A stretch of DNA of 64,000 nucleotides from Eledone cirrhosa (lineage: Eukaryota). The position numbers and the translations under genes were made by a program. Location: contig OZ024753.1 in the NCBI GenBank assembly GCA_964016885.1, positions 30,380,001-30,444,000 of the forward strand. The letters run 5' to 3'. The notes beneath the pieces are model-generated. The model was not told where the DNA came from, made no database searches, and was given only the letters and a program-made list of their open reading frames with translations. Of the stretch, positions 12,801 to 27,951 are shown one piece after another; position 1 is the stretch's first letter, and every line of letters starts with the position of its first letter.

Positions 12801-15570
12801 TATGAATTTCACCAGTTATATAATATCCAAGACACACCATGTACCAAGACTGTGCCTCTACCACTGCACCCCACCTACTCCACCCAACCCCCACTAAGAC
12901 TATCAGCATTGCTTCGGAGACGTAGACTTAACAATATTGAATAAAACACAGAAGTTAAAATTTCTAATTCTTCAGATTGGCAGATTTTTTTCACCATTTG
13001 TCCAATCAAAAGCTAAATTTTTGACTGGTATTACTAGTTTTAAGCAAAATGTTCTTATATTTGCTTCACAGCTCTACTGCCCTTTGTCCTTTCATTATTT
13101 TATTAACTTTTATCAACACTGTCTGGTGTCAATATATAACAGTTCTTCTTTTTGTTTCTGAATCTAAGTTTCTATTTTTAGAAATTTGAATTTCCATATT
13201 TTGTCTGGGTGGTCAATAGTCATTTCTCAGAGATAAGACTTCCTTATAGAGGACATGGCAACCTAAAAGCTAATGTCCTTCAAAACAATCTAGACAATTA
13301 CTATACATATCAAAGAAAAAGTCCTTCTACTCCATCCTCCTCACACAAAGTAAAAGCCCTTAAAACTACTTATATTAATAACATTGCCAAAAGTACATTT
13401 CATAGGCTAGGCCTCATATCTAAAACCTTTTTAGTTGCCATTTTGTCTGTGGCACAGCCAAGTCATACCACCTAGACTAGGGTATAGTCTGCCATTTTGT
13501 CTATATGGCACAGCCAAATCATACCACCTAGACTGGGATGTAAAGTCTGCCAGTTTGTCTTTGTGGCACAGCCAAATCATACCACCTAGACAGGGGTGTA
13601 ACGTCTGCCATTTTGGCTTTGTGGCACAGCCAAGACATACCACCTAGACAGGGGTGTAACGTCTGCCATTTTGGCTTTGTGGCACAGCCAAGACATACCA
13701 CCTAGACAGGGGTGTAGTCTGCCATTCCCTTACTTTCCCTATTTAAAGTACTTTTATTTCTCTTTGTTTTTCTTTCTTTTTTATGCAAACATAACATAAT
13801 CTAATTGAAATTGGTTGAATAAAGTTTATTCTGTTTACATATTTCTATGTTTTTTTACCCCTATTTTTCTTTATCTTCTGGAGGGGAGGAGAGGAAGATA
13901 GTCAAATACTGGAATTTGACCAACCACTTTTCTTACCGGTCTCCATTGAGACCTCTGAGGTCCTCAGTCCCCAGTCTCCATTGAAACCTCTGAGGTCCTC
14001 AGTCCCCAGTCTCCATTGAGACCTCTGAGGTCCTCAGTCCCCAGTCTCCATTGAGACCTCTGAGGTCCTCAGTCCCCAGTCTCCATTGAGACCTCTGAGG
14101 TCCTCAGTCCCCAGTCTCCATTGAGACCTCTGAGGTCCACGGTCCTCAGTCCCCAGTCTCCATTGAAACTCCTGGGTTCCTCAGTCCTTTACTATTTAAT
14201 GTTATTTCATTTTATATTTCTTTTATATTTACCTTCTTCTTTCTCTATTTCTTTTGTTAAATATATTGTGTTACCTTGAAAGGAAGTGCTCTGCCTGAAT
14301 ATTTAAATTACAAAGTGTTTGACCTTTAAAATATTTTACTGTGTTAATTTGTATTCAATATATTGTATCAATGAGGTTTATTTATATCTCTACTAAATTT
14401 CCTCAATTTGTTGTTATTTGTATTCTTGTTTTAAAACTGGACAGCAAAGTATTGGAAGTAGTGGTGAGGGGGGATTTCTAATGAAAATCACTCTGTTAGG
14501 ACAACCACAGTATAATGTCAACCACAGACGTGGGCATGACTGCCTGTGACGCAGAGAAGAGGAAGATAGCCAAATACTGGGACTTGACTGACTGTTTTCT
14601 TTTCATACCAGTCACCGTCAAGACCTCTCGTATCCTCCATCAAAACCTCTCGTGTCCTCTGTCAAGACCTCTCGTGTCCTCTGTCAAGACCTCTCGTGTC
14701 CTCTGTCAAGACCTCTCGTGTCCTCTGTCAAGACCTCTCATATCTTCCATCAAGACCCCTTGTGTCCTCTGCAAAACTGGTAGGAGTTCTATGAGGTGGT
14801 GTGGCTGATACAGCTGGTGTTGCTGACTGTTTTCATCAGCAATGCCTCTGCCATTTTGTTCACAAGATTTAGCTGAGATATACTGTCTAGATTGGAGTGT
14901 AGTCTATTCCTTTCCCTTTTACTTTTACTGTTTGATTTTTCCTCATTCTGTTTCAACAAAAGAATGTACAAGCTATCTTCATCCAAACTAAAGGGTGTAA
15001 TTCATGTAATTCATTCAAATTCTGAGACATAAACTGTATACATACATATATATATATATATGTAATAATAATAAAATTGAAGACTAAAATCCAAAGAGGG
15101 CTCGATAAGGAAAATATATATCAAATATATAAGAACCGAAGAGCAAATATTTATTAAAATAACAGATTAAAGTTTAAGCAAAGAATCGCTGCTTTCACCC
15201 TTAACGGGATCTTCTGAAACTAACAAAGTCAATCTGTAAACGCAGAACTGGATATTTCAAAAAACGTTGCAACCGGAGGAAGACAGGAAGACGATACTTT
15301 GGTTCATGGTGACGTTCGCTGGCAAAGAACGGGAAAAAACGAATAATACGTCATTAATAGGAGCGGTGAAAAACAATTACGCACAAAGACAGAACCACGT
15401 TTATGGTATAAAAGAGGTCGTAGACTAATGTTCTCTAAGTGGTGCATAGAGACGTTCTCTGGCAATGAACGAAAAAACAAAGATAATAAGTCATATGTGG
15501 AGCAGCTCGACACGTCGAACTTTCTTACCCCTTTTCCACATAATGTGTGAAACTAAAAAAGACTTCCTTC

Positions 15571-15646
<76 letters not shown>

Positions 15647-15782
15647 TGCTCTGAGGATACAGTGGTCACAGCATTAGATATTTGAGTTCTGCAAATAGTT
15701 GTAAATTTGCACATAGCATAACTAGGCTGTAGTACCACCGTGGAAACCACCTTTTTATGATGTCTACCTGTTATTATTCATT

Positions 15783-15829
<47 letters not shown>

Positions 15830-18800
15830 TTAGTTAAGCAAAACAAGACCACAAATTTCACAAGGGAGATGTTATTTAAAGAGTGTCAACATAGTTGCAG
15901 TTTAATGTAAGGAATAAGGAGTGTAATTATAGTTTAATGTAAGGAATAATAATAATAATAATAATGTCCGTTTACAATTGTTTCTGGATCAATTGATTAT
16001 AGATCATTATTGATCTGGTTCAGATGAAGATAATATATATATACATATATATATATATACTAGCATTAAAGCCCGGCGTTGCTCGGGGTCAGTAAGTTAC
16101 CAAAGTTAGGTTGCACCACCCATTTTATGGCAGCACTTTTTTGTCTGCCAGGCACTGAGTGAATGAATTGCAGACCTGGAAGCATGAGCTGTGCCAGCAG
16201 TGACAATTGTAGTTTCGCCTATGGATATTATCTCTGTGCAAAAAGTGTTGAAATTTATTGTTTCACAGTACTTGCGCAACACGCGTGTAGACGATGCCAG
16301 CCGAACAACAGAGCTGTGATGGAGTTGTTCTGCATGGTTGTCTGTGTGTTTTCTAAATTTAAGACAGTAGGGAGGGTTGTGATATGGGGGAGAGTTAGCT
16401 GTTGTTTCTAGCAGGTTTAGTGACCTCATAGAGGATATGTGTTTTCTAAATTTAAGACAGTAGGGAGTGGTGTGATATGGGGGAGAGTTAGCTGCTGTTT
16501 CTAGCAGGTTTAGTGACCTCATAGAAGATATGTTTTCTAAATTTAAGACAGTAGGGAGGGGTGTGATATGGGGGAGAGTTAGCTGCTGTTTCTAGCAGGT
16601 TTAGTGACCTCATAGAGGATATTATTGTTTATCATTATCTATAAAAGGCAGATTGTTGTTGTTGTGTGTGTGCACATGTTCCGTGCCAAGACGCAATCGA
16701 AGCTATTTCGAATACTGAATTGTAAATTTCAATTGAAGAAATTCTATATCCTAGATTTCTATAACAAAAAAGCATGTCCATACACTGAGCTTTATAGATT
16801 ATGATATATATATATATCATCATCATCATCATCATCGTTTAACGTCCATCTTCCACGCTTGCATAGGTTTGGACGGGAGTTTTCCCACTTGAGACAAGAT
16901 TGGTTGTCTTGCTCTATAGGACTGTCTGGCGGGTTTTCTACAGCTGGATGCCCTTCCTAACACCAACCACGTTTACAGTGTGGATTGGGAGGTTTTTACC
17001 GTGTTACCTACACGGCCACATTACAGCGTGGACGGTGTGTTTTTTTTGTCGTGACACCTACACGACCTCATTTGTTTCGGACTGGATGTTGTGGTACCAA
17101 CATAACTTCACATTTAAGGGGGTGGTGTGGATGGGGTGGGGGTAGTGGGACGGGGGTGTATTTTGTTAGAGGTGCCTACTGACTGTAGGTTTCGCTTTGT
17201 ACTTAGGCAAGGCGGGTCTTCTGTATGACTGTGTAGCACCAAAGATCTCGGTCCAGTGACATTGTCTTGGAGAGGTGTAAGTGTGTGAGGTCGGAATTTA
17301 TCAAGTCGTCCCAGGTTTTTCTGGGTCTGCCTACTCCGTGGCTACCGTCTATTTTTATCGCCCTGCACTTTTATATATATATGTACACACACACATACAC
17401 ACACAGAGGGAAGAGGAAGAAGTAATCATTATACAGAAAGAAGTATTGTGTTTCAATATTTTACTATCACAGCATCTGAGGTATCTCAAGCCTTTATCAT
17501 AAAATATATATTATGGTTGGCTTGGTTGTGAATACATTCCAAGTTGAGTATAAAGCCCTTATACAAAACCAATTAGTCTCACCATTTGTGATCACTGACA
17601 CAGATAGCAAGTATTTTTCAATTCCTGTTTTGCGGGAGCATGGCTGATATCAACTGACTGGAACCAGTATGAAAACTATTCATTCTAGTTATCTTTTCTT
17701 AATCCAGACTTTTCAATCCATATCACTAGTGTCACAATCCTTGTACCTTTCTTTTAAACTGAGTGTCAAAAATATGTGCTGCTAGAAAATGTTTTACTAT
17801 AAAGTCATTTCAACTCTTCAAAATTTTGCCATTTAGGTAAAAAAAAAAAAGAAAAAGATTATTTAAAAAAATAGTTTCTAGACAACTTATTACAATTTGT
17901 TTTAACTCTTTAGCATTTAAACCAGCCGTATCTAGCCAGAATTCTCTCGTAACTGGCCCCTCATACTGATGTTAAGGTATTGTTCTCAAAATAAATATCA
18001 AAATCTCATAGATTTGATAATTATATGAGATAAAGCCTTTACTGAGAAAATATAATAGTAAATGTAGAATAATGTAAATGCTAAGGGGTTAAAATAAAGT
18101 AATATATCTGAATTTAAAAAATGCCAACAAATGAGTTGAGTTTTAGTTTAGCATATAGACATGAGAAACTAAATTGAAACGGATAGCATTTAAAATACAG
18201 TAAAATGTAACATTATGTTTGTGAAGGCACGCAGCTTAGGGGTTAGAGAATTGGATTCATAATTGTGAGGTTGTGAGTCATGTGCTATGTCCTCGAGCAA
18301 GGCACTTTATTTCACATTACTCCTTCTGCCAGGAGTTGCGACCAGTAAATAGTATCAGCAATGAAAAGGCCAATGGTAACATTGTTCCCTTGGTCTGATT
18401 TGACAAGCTCCACCCCATTTGGTAAAAAAAAATTTTTCTTGTTTATTATGCAAAATATTTACATAAAGTCTATTTAATCTTTTTAATGGAGGCATATGGC
18501 TTAGTGGTTAGATCATTGGCCTTGCAATCGAAAGGTTCTGAGTTCAATTCTCAGACCGAGTGATGTGTTGTTTCCTTGAGCAAGACACTTTATTTCTCAT
18601 TGCTCCAGTTTACTCAGCTGTAGAAATGAGATGATAGGGACTGGGGTCCATATCATTCGACTGCAAAGTGGTCATGGAGGTGCCACAGCAAAAAAGCACC
18701 CAGCACTCACTAAATGAGGTTGGTGTTAGGAAGGGCATCCAGCTGTAGAAATCAAGCGAGAATCAGTTCCCGTCCCACCCTTGCAAGCAGGGAAAAAGCG

Positions 18801-18853
18801 AACGTAAAATGAAATGAAATGAAATGAAAATCTCTGCTACTGATTTGTGCTGA

Positions 18854-18888
<35 letters not shown>

Positions 18889-21800
18889 AGGCAGTCAATA
18901 AAATATACATGCCTCCAAATAAGTGACAACACCAACTTTTGCCTCCTTTGCTCTCCTTGATAAGAAAGGTACGGCTTGACAGTAAATAAACTTTTACCTA
19001 TACCTATCTCATTAGATTTTGTGAAAATATATATTTATAGCAAAATAGATAAAGACTGTGTTTACAAAATGCTATCTTCTTTCCACTAACTTACTATAAA
19101 CTATTGTCATTGGCCAATTAATTCAACTATTGCCATGGTGATATCAATGTGTGTGCTATTTTTTATTTTATATTTTTTTTATTTACAAACTAGTGAGATC
19201 TTTAAAAAGATTTCTTTGCTTTGCTAGTTGTATGAAGCATAACATGTAGGCGTGTGTTGATAGTTGCAGTAGATCAAAACAAGCTGTTCTCTCCCGTTAA
19301 ACCAGTTAATAAACTGAAGGGAGAAAACCAACTATGCATAGTGAATTTTGAAGAGAAAACAAAAACAAAACAAATGAAAGTATCAACACTTTTGTTTTAA
19401 TTTCCTAGAAAGAAAAAGATTTTCATAGGTTTGCTTGGAAAACATTCAACAGTTCATGGTTGGTTAAATGTATATTATTGATCAACTTTCCAAAATTATG
19501 GATAGTTGGAGAGAAAATGTCAGTAACTACACCAAGCTCTGAAATATCTCAGGTTAAATGTTTAAACTCTTTATTTAATGCGTTGTTTTATGGCTTCTAT
19601 GCTGTAATTTCTCCAATGAAAAATAACCAAACTATTTTGTATTCATTTGCAGAAAGAACGAGATCTTGAACTTGCAGCTCGCATCGGTCAAACCCTTCTT
19701 GAGAAAAACAAAGAGTTATCAGACAAAGCTGACCACCTAGAAGATCAGTTAACTGCTGCTAATGATAAAGTAAGTAATTAATATCTTTTTTTTTTTTTAA
19801 ATCAATTTTATTTTAACTATTTTTGCTGTGGTTATTATCAAGAAAACCTAGGACTTAGAAAATTACATGTTATATCTTATTTTATACCAGCAGTTTTAAA
19901 CAATTTTTTTTTCTTGCATATATAAAACATCTCTATTATTGGTTTTAACTCTTGATGATTTAGACTTTGTAAATGTTGTCATATTTGCCTTAAAAAATGG
20001 AGACTGTATGCAGTAGAGGACTTTTTAGCTTTACAAGTGACTATGTAACATCTCTAGTGTTGCTGCTACAATAAAACAGACGCAGTACACTCTGTAATGT
20101 GATTGGTGATCGAATATGACGTGAGGTAGAGAAGACTCTCCGGTCACATAAAGGTCATGGCAACCTTTTTTCTGCTGGGGCACTTAGTACACTCTGTAAA
20201 ATGGTGTTAGGAAGGTATCCAGCAATGGAAGCCATGCCAAAAATGTGTAGGAACAAGATGTGTTCCTCTAAGCCATCAAGGAGTATAGCAACTCCAAATA
20301 TCTACTGACTTGAACTGTAAAGTCCCATTCAACCCATGCTTACATAGAACAACAAACATACTATAATGATGATGTGACTATTAATTGATATTCAATATTC
20401 CTATAAACTCCCTATAAACTCCATTTACACTACATGTGTAAATTATCTTCATACTGCTTTATTCCATTGTACTGACTAAAGAAACTTTATTTAAAAAAAT
20501 ATATAATAATATAATGAAAATTGTGTACGGTATTCAGGTGCACTACAAGTATAATTTACTTTTCAAAATATATTTTTTGCATCTGTTGCTATAAATATTT
20601 CTCTAACAATTAAATTGATACTTACAAAAATGAATTAATAATTAAATAAATTAAATAATGTTATGCTTTAAAAGGCAAATTTCATGTGATTTCTCTAACC
20701 GGATATATCTATATTACCAGCAGTAACAATATTATGCACTTTTTAGGTGTGGTACAACTATCAGTTGACTCATAAAACTTGGGTACTGTTAGCTTCAGTT
20801 ATATTCTAAATAATATTTATTATCTGATCAACTGTATATAATAAATGAATGAGTTTCTTTAATATAAAATACGGCTTTAAATGGTAAAAGTGAATTGTTG
20901 GACCATAGCTGTAAGATAGTGATACCATATTTTTCAGTGTATAATTTACACTCTTTTTACTCAAAGATTTTGTCAATCTGCCAACATCCTATACATTGAA
21001 AGTATGAATATAATGATGAATGGACCTGAGCACTGTACACAATAATTTCATTATAATTCTTTCTAACATGGCACAAGGCCAGAAATGGATAATGATTATT
21101 AGAGTCACTATTTATACTGTAGTGGTGTGTATATTGACCTAGCAGTGGTACCACTTTTTAGTTTGTTTTGGTAAAGGGTAGGTAAATAAGACTTCCTCTA
21201 ACCGGAACTAGTCCTGTTTATATTAACTTAAATATTTGTATTGAATATAATTGTTTCTACTTTTTGGCACAAGGCCAGCAATTACCTAGTACATTACTGG
21301 TACTTTATTGATCGACCCCGTGAGGATGAAAGGCAAAGTTAACCTCGGCGGGATTTGAACTCCGTCTGTAAAGGGATGTGACTGTGCTGCAAAGCATTGT
21401 ATTAAATATAATTGTTTCTACTTTTGGCACAAGGTCAGCAATTACCCAGTACATTACTGGTACTTTATTTCATCGACCCCGTGAGGATGAAAGGCAAAGT
21501 TAACCTCGGCGGGATTTGAACTCCGTCCATAAAGGGATGTGACTGTGCTGCAAAGCATTGTATTAAATATAATTGTTTCTACTTTAGGCACAAGGCCAAC
21601 AAATACCCAGTACATTACTGGTACTTTATTTTATCGACCCCGTAAGGATGAAAGGCAAAGTTAACCTCAACGGGTTTTGAACTCAGATCGTAAAGGGACG
21701 TAACTATGCTGGAAAGCATGGCGTCTGACCCTCTACCGATACTGCCAATTCACTTTGTATTGAATATAATGTTATCAAATGAAGGCATGTGGCTTAATCG

Positions 21801-24800
21801 TTAGAGAATTGGATTCGCAATTGGGTGATATGTTATGTCCTTGAGCAAGTCATTTTATTTCATGTTGCTCCTTTTGCCAGGAGTTGCAACTGGTAGGTAG
21901 TATCAGCAATGGAAACATTGTTTCCTTGGTCCGTTTTAACGAGTTCCACCCTGCTTGGTAAGTGAATGAGGTTTGGGATCTTGATCTGACACAGTCATTT
22001 GATCTGACTTGCCTCACTACAGGACAACTTGTCTAAGTCAATCAAGCGTGGAAAATTGGATGTTAAACAGTGATGATGAAACGTATTAGTCATAGTTTAA
22101 CTAATAACTAATGGAGAATTGGTGTGATTTTTTTTTTTTAAATTGTATTAACCTAAAGTAAAAAACTAGACTTTTCAGTGTAGTAACAAAAGTCATTTAG
22201 CTGTAATACATTAATAATTTATATTAACCCTTTAGTTACCAACCTGGTTCCATAAAATAAAACCACCCCTTTTAAAGGTTTCCAATTTAAATTAAAATCT
22301 TCCAACATAATTTTATATAAGAACCTTACATTAAGTTACTATCTTAGTAATGAAATAATTAATAATTTTATTAAATCCCTCAAAATTCTTCATTAATAAA
22401 TTGAAATACAGTCATTAAAAGGTTAAGCAACATCCTGTATATATATATAACTTTTTAGTTTCTAAAAGTAGTGACTTTGAGGTTGGAAAATAAACTGAGA
22501 AAAATAAATATTATAGAGAGTACTAGTCAAATATAGTCAATAGTTGCTTATCTTAACATAAAATGTGTCCAACAGGGAGTAACAATGTCAAGGAGGAAGT
22601 CAGGATTGTGACATTAGCATCAGAAAAGACAGACATATCTACAAAAGGAATTCTGAACCTTGTCACAATCACATACTATTTGATCTACCTTCAACTGTAT
22701 GGTCATCACCAACTTATTATTAAATGAAGATTAAAGTAAGGAGCTTATACAGTTAGTGTCATGCCAACTACAGACATTTTTGCCAAAATATAAATTTGTT
22801 TAGCTGAACTATTTTTAGACTCTTACTTGATGCTTAACTTTTAATATTCTTTAATGATTTAACCCTTTAGCATTTAAACCAGCCGAATCTGGCCAGAATT
22901 CTCTTTTTTTTCAAACCGGCCATGACTAGCCACCCATACCAACATTAAGGTATTGTTCTCAAAATAAATATCATCATCATCAAAATCTCATAGATTCAAT
23001 ATTATGTGAGGTAAAACCTTGAAAAGGGAAATACAGTAGTAAATATAGAGTATTGTAAATGCTAAAGGGTTAATATGGTTGGAAGTTTTGCTGATTTGAA
23101 AATTTGTGTTCTGTATCGGGTATTTTTATAATTGTTTCTAACTTAGCCATATGGCCAGGAATATTGAGGTAGGGCACTATCAATTATATCAACCCTAGTA
23201 CTACACTGGTATTTTATTTTATCAACCCTAGAAGGATGAAAGGCAAAGTTTACCATGACAGGATTTGAACTCAGAAAGGGAGGTTTGTCATGTATTATGG
23301 CCTAGCTGAAGAGTCCTCCTGACTCTTTGTTTGACAAGTTTTCAACATCTGCATAGCCTTCCTTTCTCAATGATTTTACAGAGTGTACTGGGTGCATTAA
23401 TCATATAAACCACCAACATTAGGGAGGTTGTCATCTATGAAACAACTGAAAATCTCTTCTGATCTTTTGTTTAGCATGGTATGGTATAGTATGATCCCGT
23501 AACTCCTGATGGAGTTGTAGGGGTGCCTTAGTGGAATATGGCATTTCTTGGGCATTTTAAGCCTGGCAGAGACCATCCCTCTCCAGGTGTTAATTCAGTA
23601 GTTGGTCACCATATTTTTCCTCTCTCTGTTTCATCTCTTCTACAGGTTAGTCAATTAAAGCATGACCTTTCTATGAAAGATGAGTTGTTGCGATTCTATA
23701 CAGAAGATTTAGAAAATGCAGAGTCTGAATCAGATTCTGGTACACCGTAAGTATTCTTATTTTGTTTGTTTATTCCAGATACTTGTAAAATTCCATTATA
23801 ACGAATACCATTATAACAAATTTTTAAGTATAACAAAATTTTTTTCGAGCCCCAAAGTAATTACGACAAACACTCAATTTGTTTTGGTCGATCTCATTAT
23901 AAAGAATTTTTCGATACAAATTTTTTTTTATACCCCTTAAATTTTGTTATAACGGAATTTCATTGTATTTAATCTACAGTATTTGATGTCAGCTTGTCAA
24001 TGTTCTTCTTTCAAGTATAACAATGTTTATATTTTTAATGCATCACTTATACCTCTCTACTAACAAATCTCTAGAGAAATATAAAATAGAAAAGATAATA
24101 GCCTTTAGACTCTTTACTCTTACTCGTATAATTGTGGCCATGATGGGGTACCTACCACCTTGAAGGGATTTAGATCACTGTAAAAATTTGCAGTATTAAC
24201 TCTTAACATTCTGTAATGATTTAGGAGAAATTATCTAAAAACGGATTTAATTCAAATGTATATAGTGTCTTTATTACTGGACAGATCATTGTGAAAATTT
24301 GCAGAATTATTTTTTAATATTTTGTAATGGTTTAGAAGATTATTTTAGTAATTGAAACATAATTGCTATCTGTTCTTGATAGAAACATGGTCACAACGGG
24401 ATTAAAGTAGGTGATTTTGTTTCATAGAACCAGAGCTAGGTTGATATCAAAAGGGGAATGGTAAATGTTCATAATTTTTGTATTTCTTTTTAATATCTTA
24501 TTGAAATTAGTTTATTATAGTTTTTTTTTGGTATCTACCACCACTGCAACCACCATAGCCACCACCACTGCCACCACCATAGCCACCACCACTGCAACCA
24601 CCATAGCCACCACCACTGCAACCACCACCACTATAACTGCTATATATTCATGTTATATATTTTGGGTTATAAAAATTTAGTTTTAAAAAAAGTCATTGTT
24701 TTTTTCACAGGACAGAAACATAAATCAGATTTTACTAAGCTGTTATTTTTTTTTTTTTTGTTCTCAAAGTTCAGTTGGCTGTCAATCACACAGCTTTATT

Positions 24801-27800
24801 CATGCACCAATTACTTGTAAATATCTGCACAGAATACTTTATATCGCATATCTCTTGTTTCCATGAAGGCCTTTGTTGAATGTGAAGTCTCCCTAAAATC
24901 ACATGGTTTATTTTAGAAATCATTCATTCATTTATATATGTTCATATGAGTGTGTATTGTAACTAAAAACAGATGTCAGAGTTATAAGACTTCTACATTG
25001 GATTGATAAATTTGTTCCTATTTTACTTTTTTACCATTTTTTTTTAAAAGGAGATATTCCTTTACTTGTATCTGTCATTAGACATGCTAGGGCTCTGCTG
25101 TAATGTGATTTAGTTAACCCTTTAGCATTTACATTACTCTATATTTACTATTATATTTTCATGGTAAAGGCTTTATCTCACATAATATCGAATCTATGAG
25201 ATTTTGATATTATTTATTTTGAGAAAAATACTTTAACATCAGTTTGAGCAGCTGGTTACAGCCAGTTTCAACAGAAAGAGGTGAGAGGATTCTGGCCTGA
25301 TATAGCTGGTTTAAATGCTAAAGGGTTAATCTTATCAACCTTAGTACTTATATTGTTCTGTAGTCACTCTTGTTTCTTAAGTTTGACAACTATGAGAATT
25401 ATCTCATGAGTTAATGGTTCTATGTCATGCGATTGTAGCTTTCTTTGTGGATGCCTGAATAATTTATCTTAGTATCATGAAACTATATTTTATCAATGAG
25501 GGTATAACATCAGTAATATTGGAACTCCAATGTTTCTGACAATGAGTGCTCCAGTTACCCTGGAAGGAATACCTGAGGACTCTGTACCCTCCCAACCCTC
25601 CCATGAATAAGGTGTAGAAGTAGATATAGAAGGGTGTAATATTGGAATTCCATTGTTTCCAATAATGAGGGCTCCAGTTGATTCAATCAACAGAACTGCC
25701 TGCTCGTGAAATTAATGTGTAAGTGGCTGAGCATTCCACAGACATGTATACACCCATATAAAATTTCCCAGTAAGATTCAGCATGGCACTATATGTGACA
25801 ATGTTGACCCCTTGAATTACTGGTACAACTCATTTTTGCTAGCTGAGTGGACTGGAGCAACGTGCAGGGCCTATGAGATAGGAGGGGTACAATCGGTACT
25901 TTGTTCCAGGGCCCAAGAGCTAAGAAGGCCCCACAGCAACCATGCAACATCCATTTTGAGAAAAATCTTTGCCTGCTTCAGGCCCCAAAAGGGTCTTGTA
26001 CCGCCTTTCAAAATTTCTCTTGGAGGTCCTGGCAATGTGAAATACAGTGTCTTGCTGAAGGACACAATGTGCTACCTGGTTCAGGAATTGAACTCATGAC
26101 CTTATAGTTGGGAGCTCATCACCCTAACCACTACATTACATATCGTATTTTTCCAATTTTATTTAATAATTGATGTTGAATAAGGTCTCTTATTTTCAAA
26201 CACTGTTAACAAAACATTTAAGAAGCTGAAACATGTAGAAAAAAAAAACTAGGAATCATACTTCTGAGTTTAACTGTCTACCTGCCCTCTATCTACTTAC
26301 AGATCTATCTATCTACCCATCTATCTACATACCTATCTATCTACATATCTATCTATCTATCTACATATCTATCTATCTATCTACTTACCTATCTATCTAT
26401 CTATCTACATATCTATCTATTTATCTATCTATCTACATATCTATCTATTTATCTACCTATCATTATGCTGCTGTGATGTCTTGACAGTGTCTTTCTATTT
26501 TATTCATTGCCTTTTCATTTTTTAGAACCAAACAGCAGCCATCCTCATCTGGAACAGACAGCAGGTACAGCACTCATTCACATAGTTTTCCTCTGCTAGA
26601 GACAGCTTCAGTAACTTTATAAGATGGCTGCCAATTTAGGAGACAGTTTCATTGCTTCTCTGACTTATGCATACTATGATGATCCTAATATGTACTAGTA
26701 TTTCCCTTTTTACACCACTCTAGGCAGGCTCAGAAATACACAGTATTTCAGCTGTGTTTATAACTTCTAGCTGTATATTTAATATATTATTTTATCAACT
26801 AAAGCATCATCTATTATTTTTTCTCATTGTGTATCATAATAGTTGCAATGTCATTGTATATTAACAATATGTCTTCCTCTGTTTATTTTCATCATTCTAT
26901 ATACTGTTTGTATTTCACTCTCGTATGCACTCTCACTTACACTCACCTATATATATACTCACTCATTTGATTTCTGTTTGATCATACTAATTGCACATCT
27001 AATCACCATGTATCGTCGTAATCATTTTACATCTACTGGCAGGGGTTAGTCAGTCTGTCATGATCTGAGATTAGGTGGGTCAAGGAACATCATCTTGTTC
27101 ATACGGTTCATACTTTGGCTTGGTTTCTATGTCTGGATGCAGAGTGTACTGGGTGCATTTTATTGTGACACCAGCACTACTGTAACTCTCTCTCTCTCTC
27201 TAATATGTATGTATATATATCATCATCATCATTTTTAAGTCTGCTTTTCCATGCTAGCATAGGTTGGACATATACACACACACATACATGGATACACATA
27301 TACATGCATGCATACACCTACAAGGATACACACACACATACATATATATACACACACTTACACATAATATCGACTATTCAAAAGCAACTACCAAAAGCAT
27401 TAAATTCATATCGGCATGAGAAATTTAATATTTAGAAAGAAGTCAAAAGAGAAAACAACAGAAAATATCTCATATAAATCCTGATACACATCTAATTACA
27501 ATACATTATAATTAAGATCTTATCTTCCTTGCTCTAACTTATAAATATAGGAACACAGCAATGATACTCAACTATGTATATGTCCTTTATCATCATCATC
27601 ATCATCATCTTCCTCTAACACATTAAAATAGTTTTGTGTCATAAAACCAGGGGTGATTTCAGGTGGTTTGGTATCTTGTCAAACAGCTTTTTCAGGGATT
27701 TTATGAATACTCTTGTATTTTAATCCCATAACGGCAGAGACCTTTCTTAGGTTTGAACTTGAAAAAAAGAGTTTAATTTTTATATTTTTAAAATTGCTTG

Positions 27801-27871
27801 TTTGTTTACCTCTCTTCTATTCAAAGAAAAAAAAAATCTTCATTATTCTGTTAGTCTCTCTCTCACTGTAT

Positions 27872-27951
<80 letters not shown>

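Noticed and set aside
18857-18886. Poly-C run (also ~39870-39890), G-quadruplex potential on the minus strand
   Set aside because: A simple homopolymer whose length may be an assembly artefact; no functional evidence.
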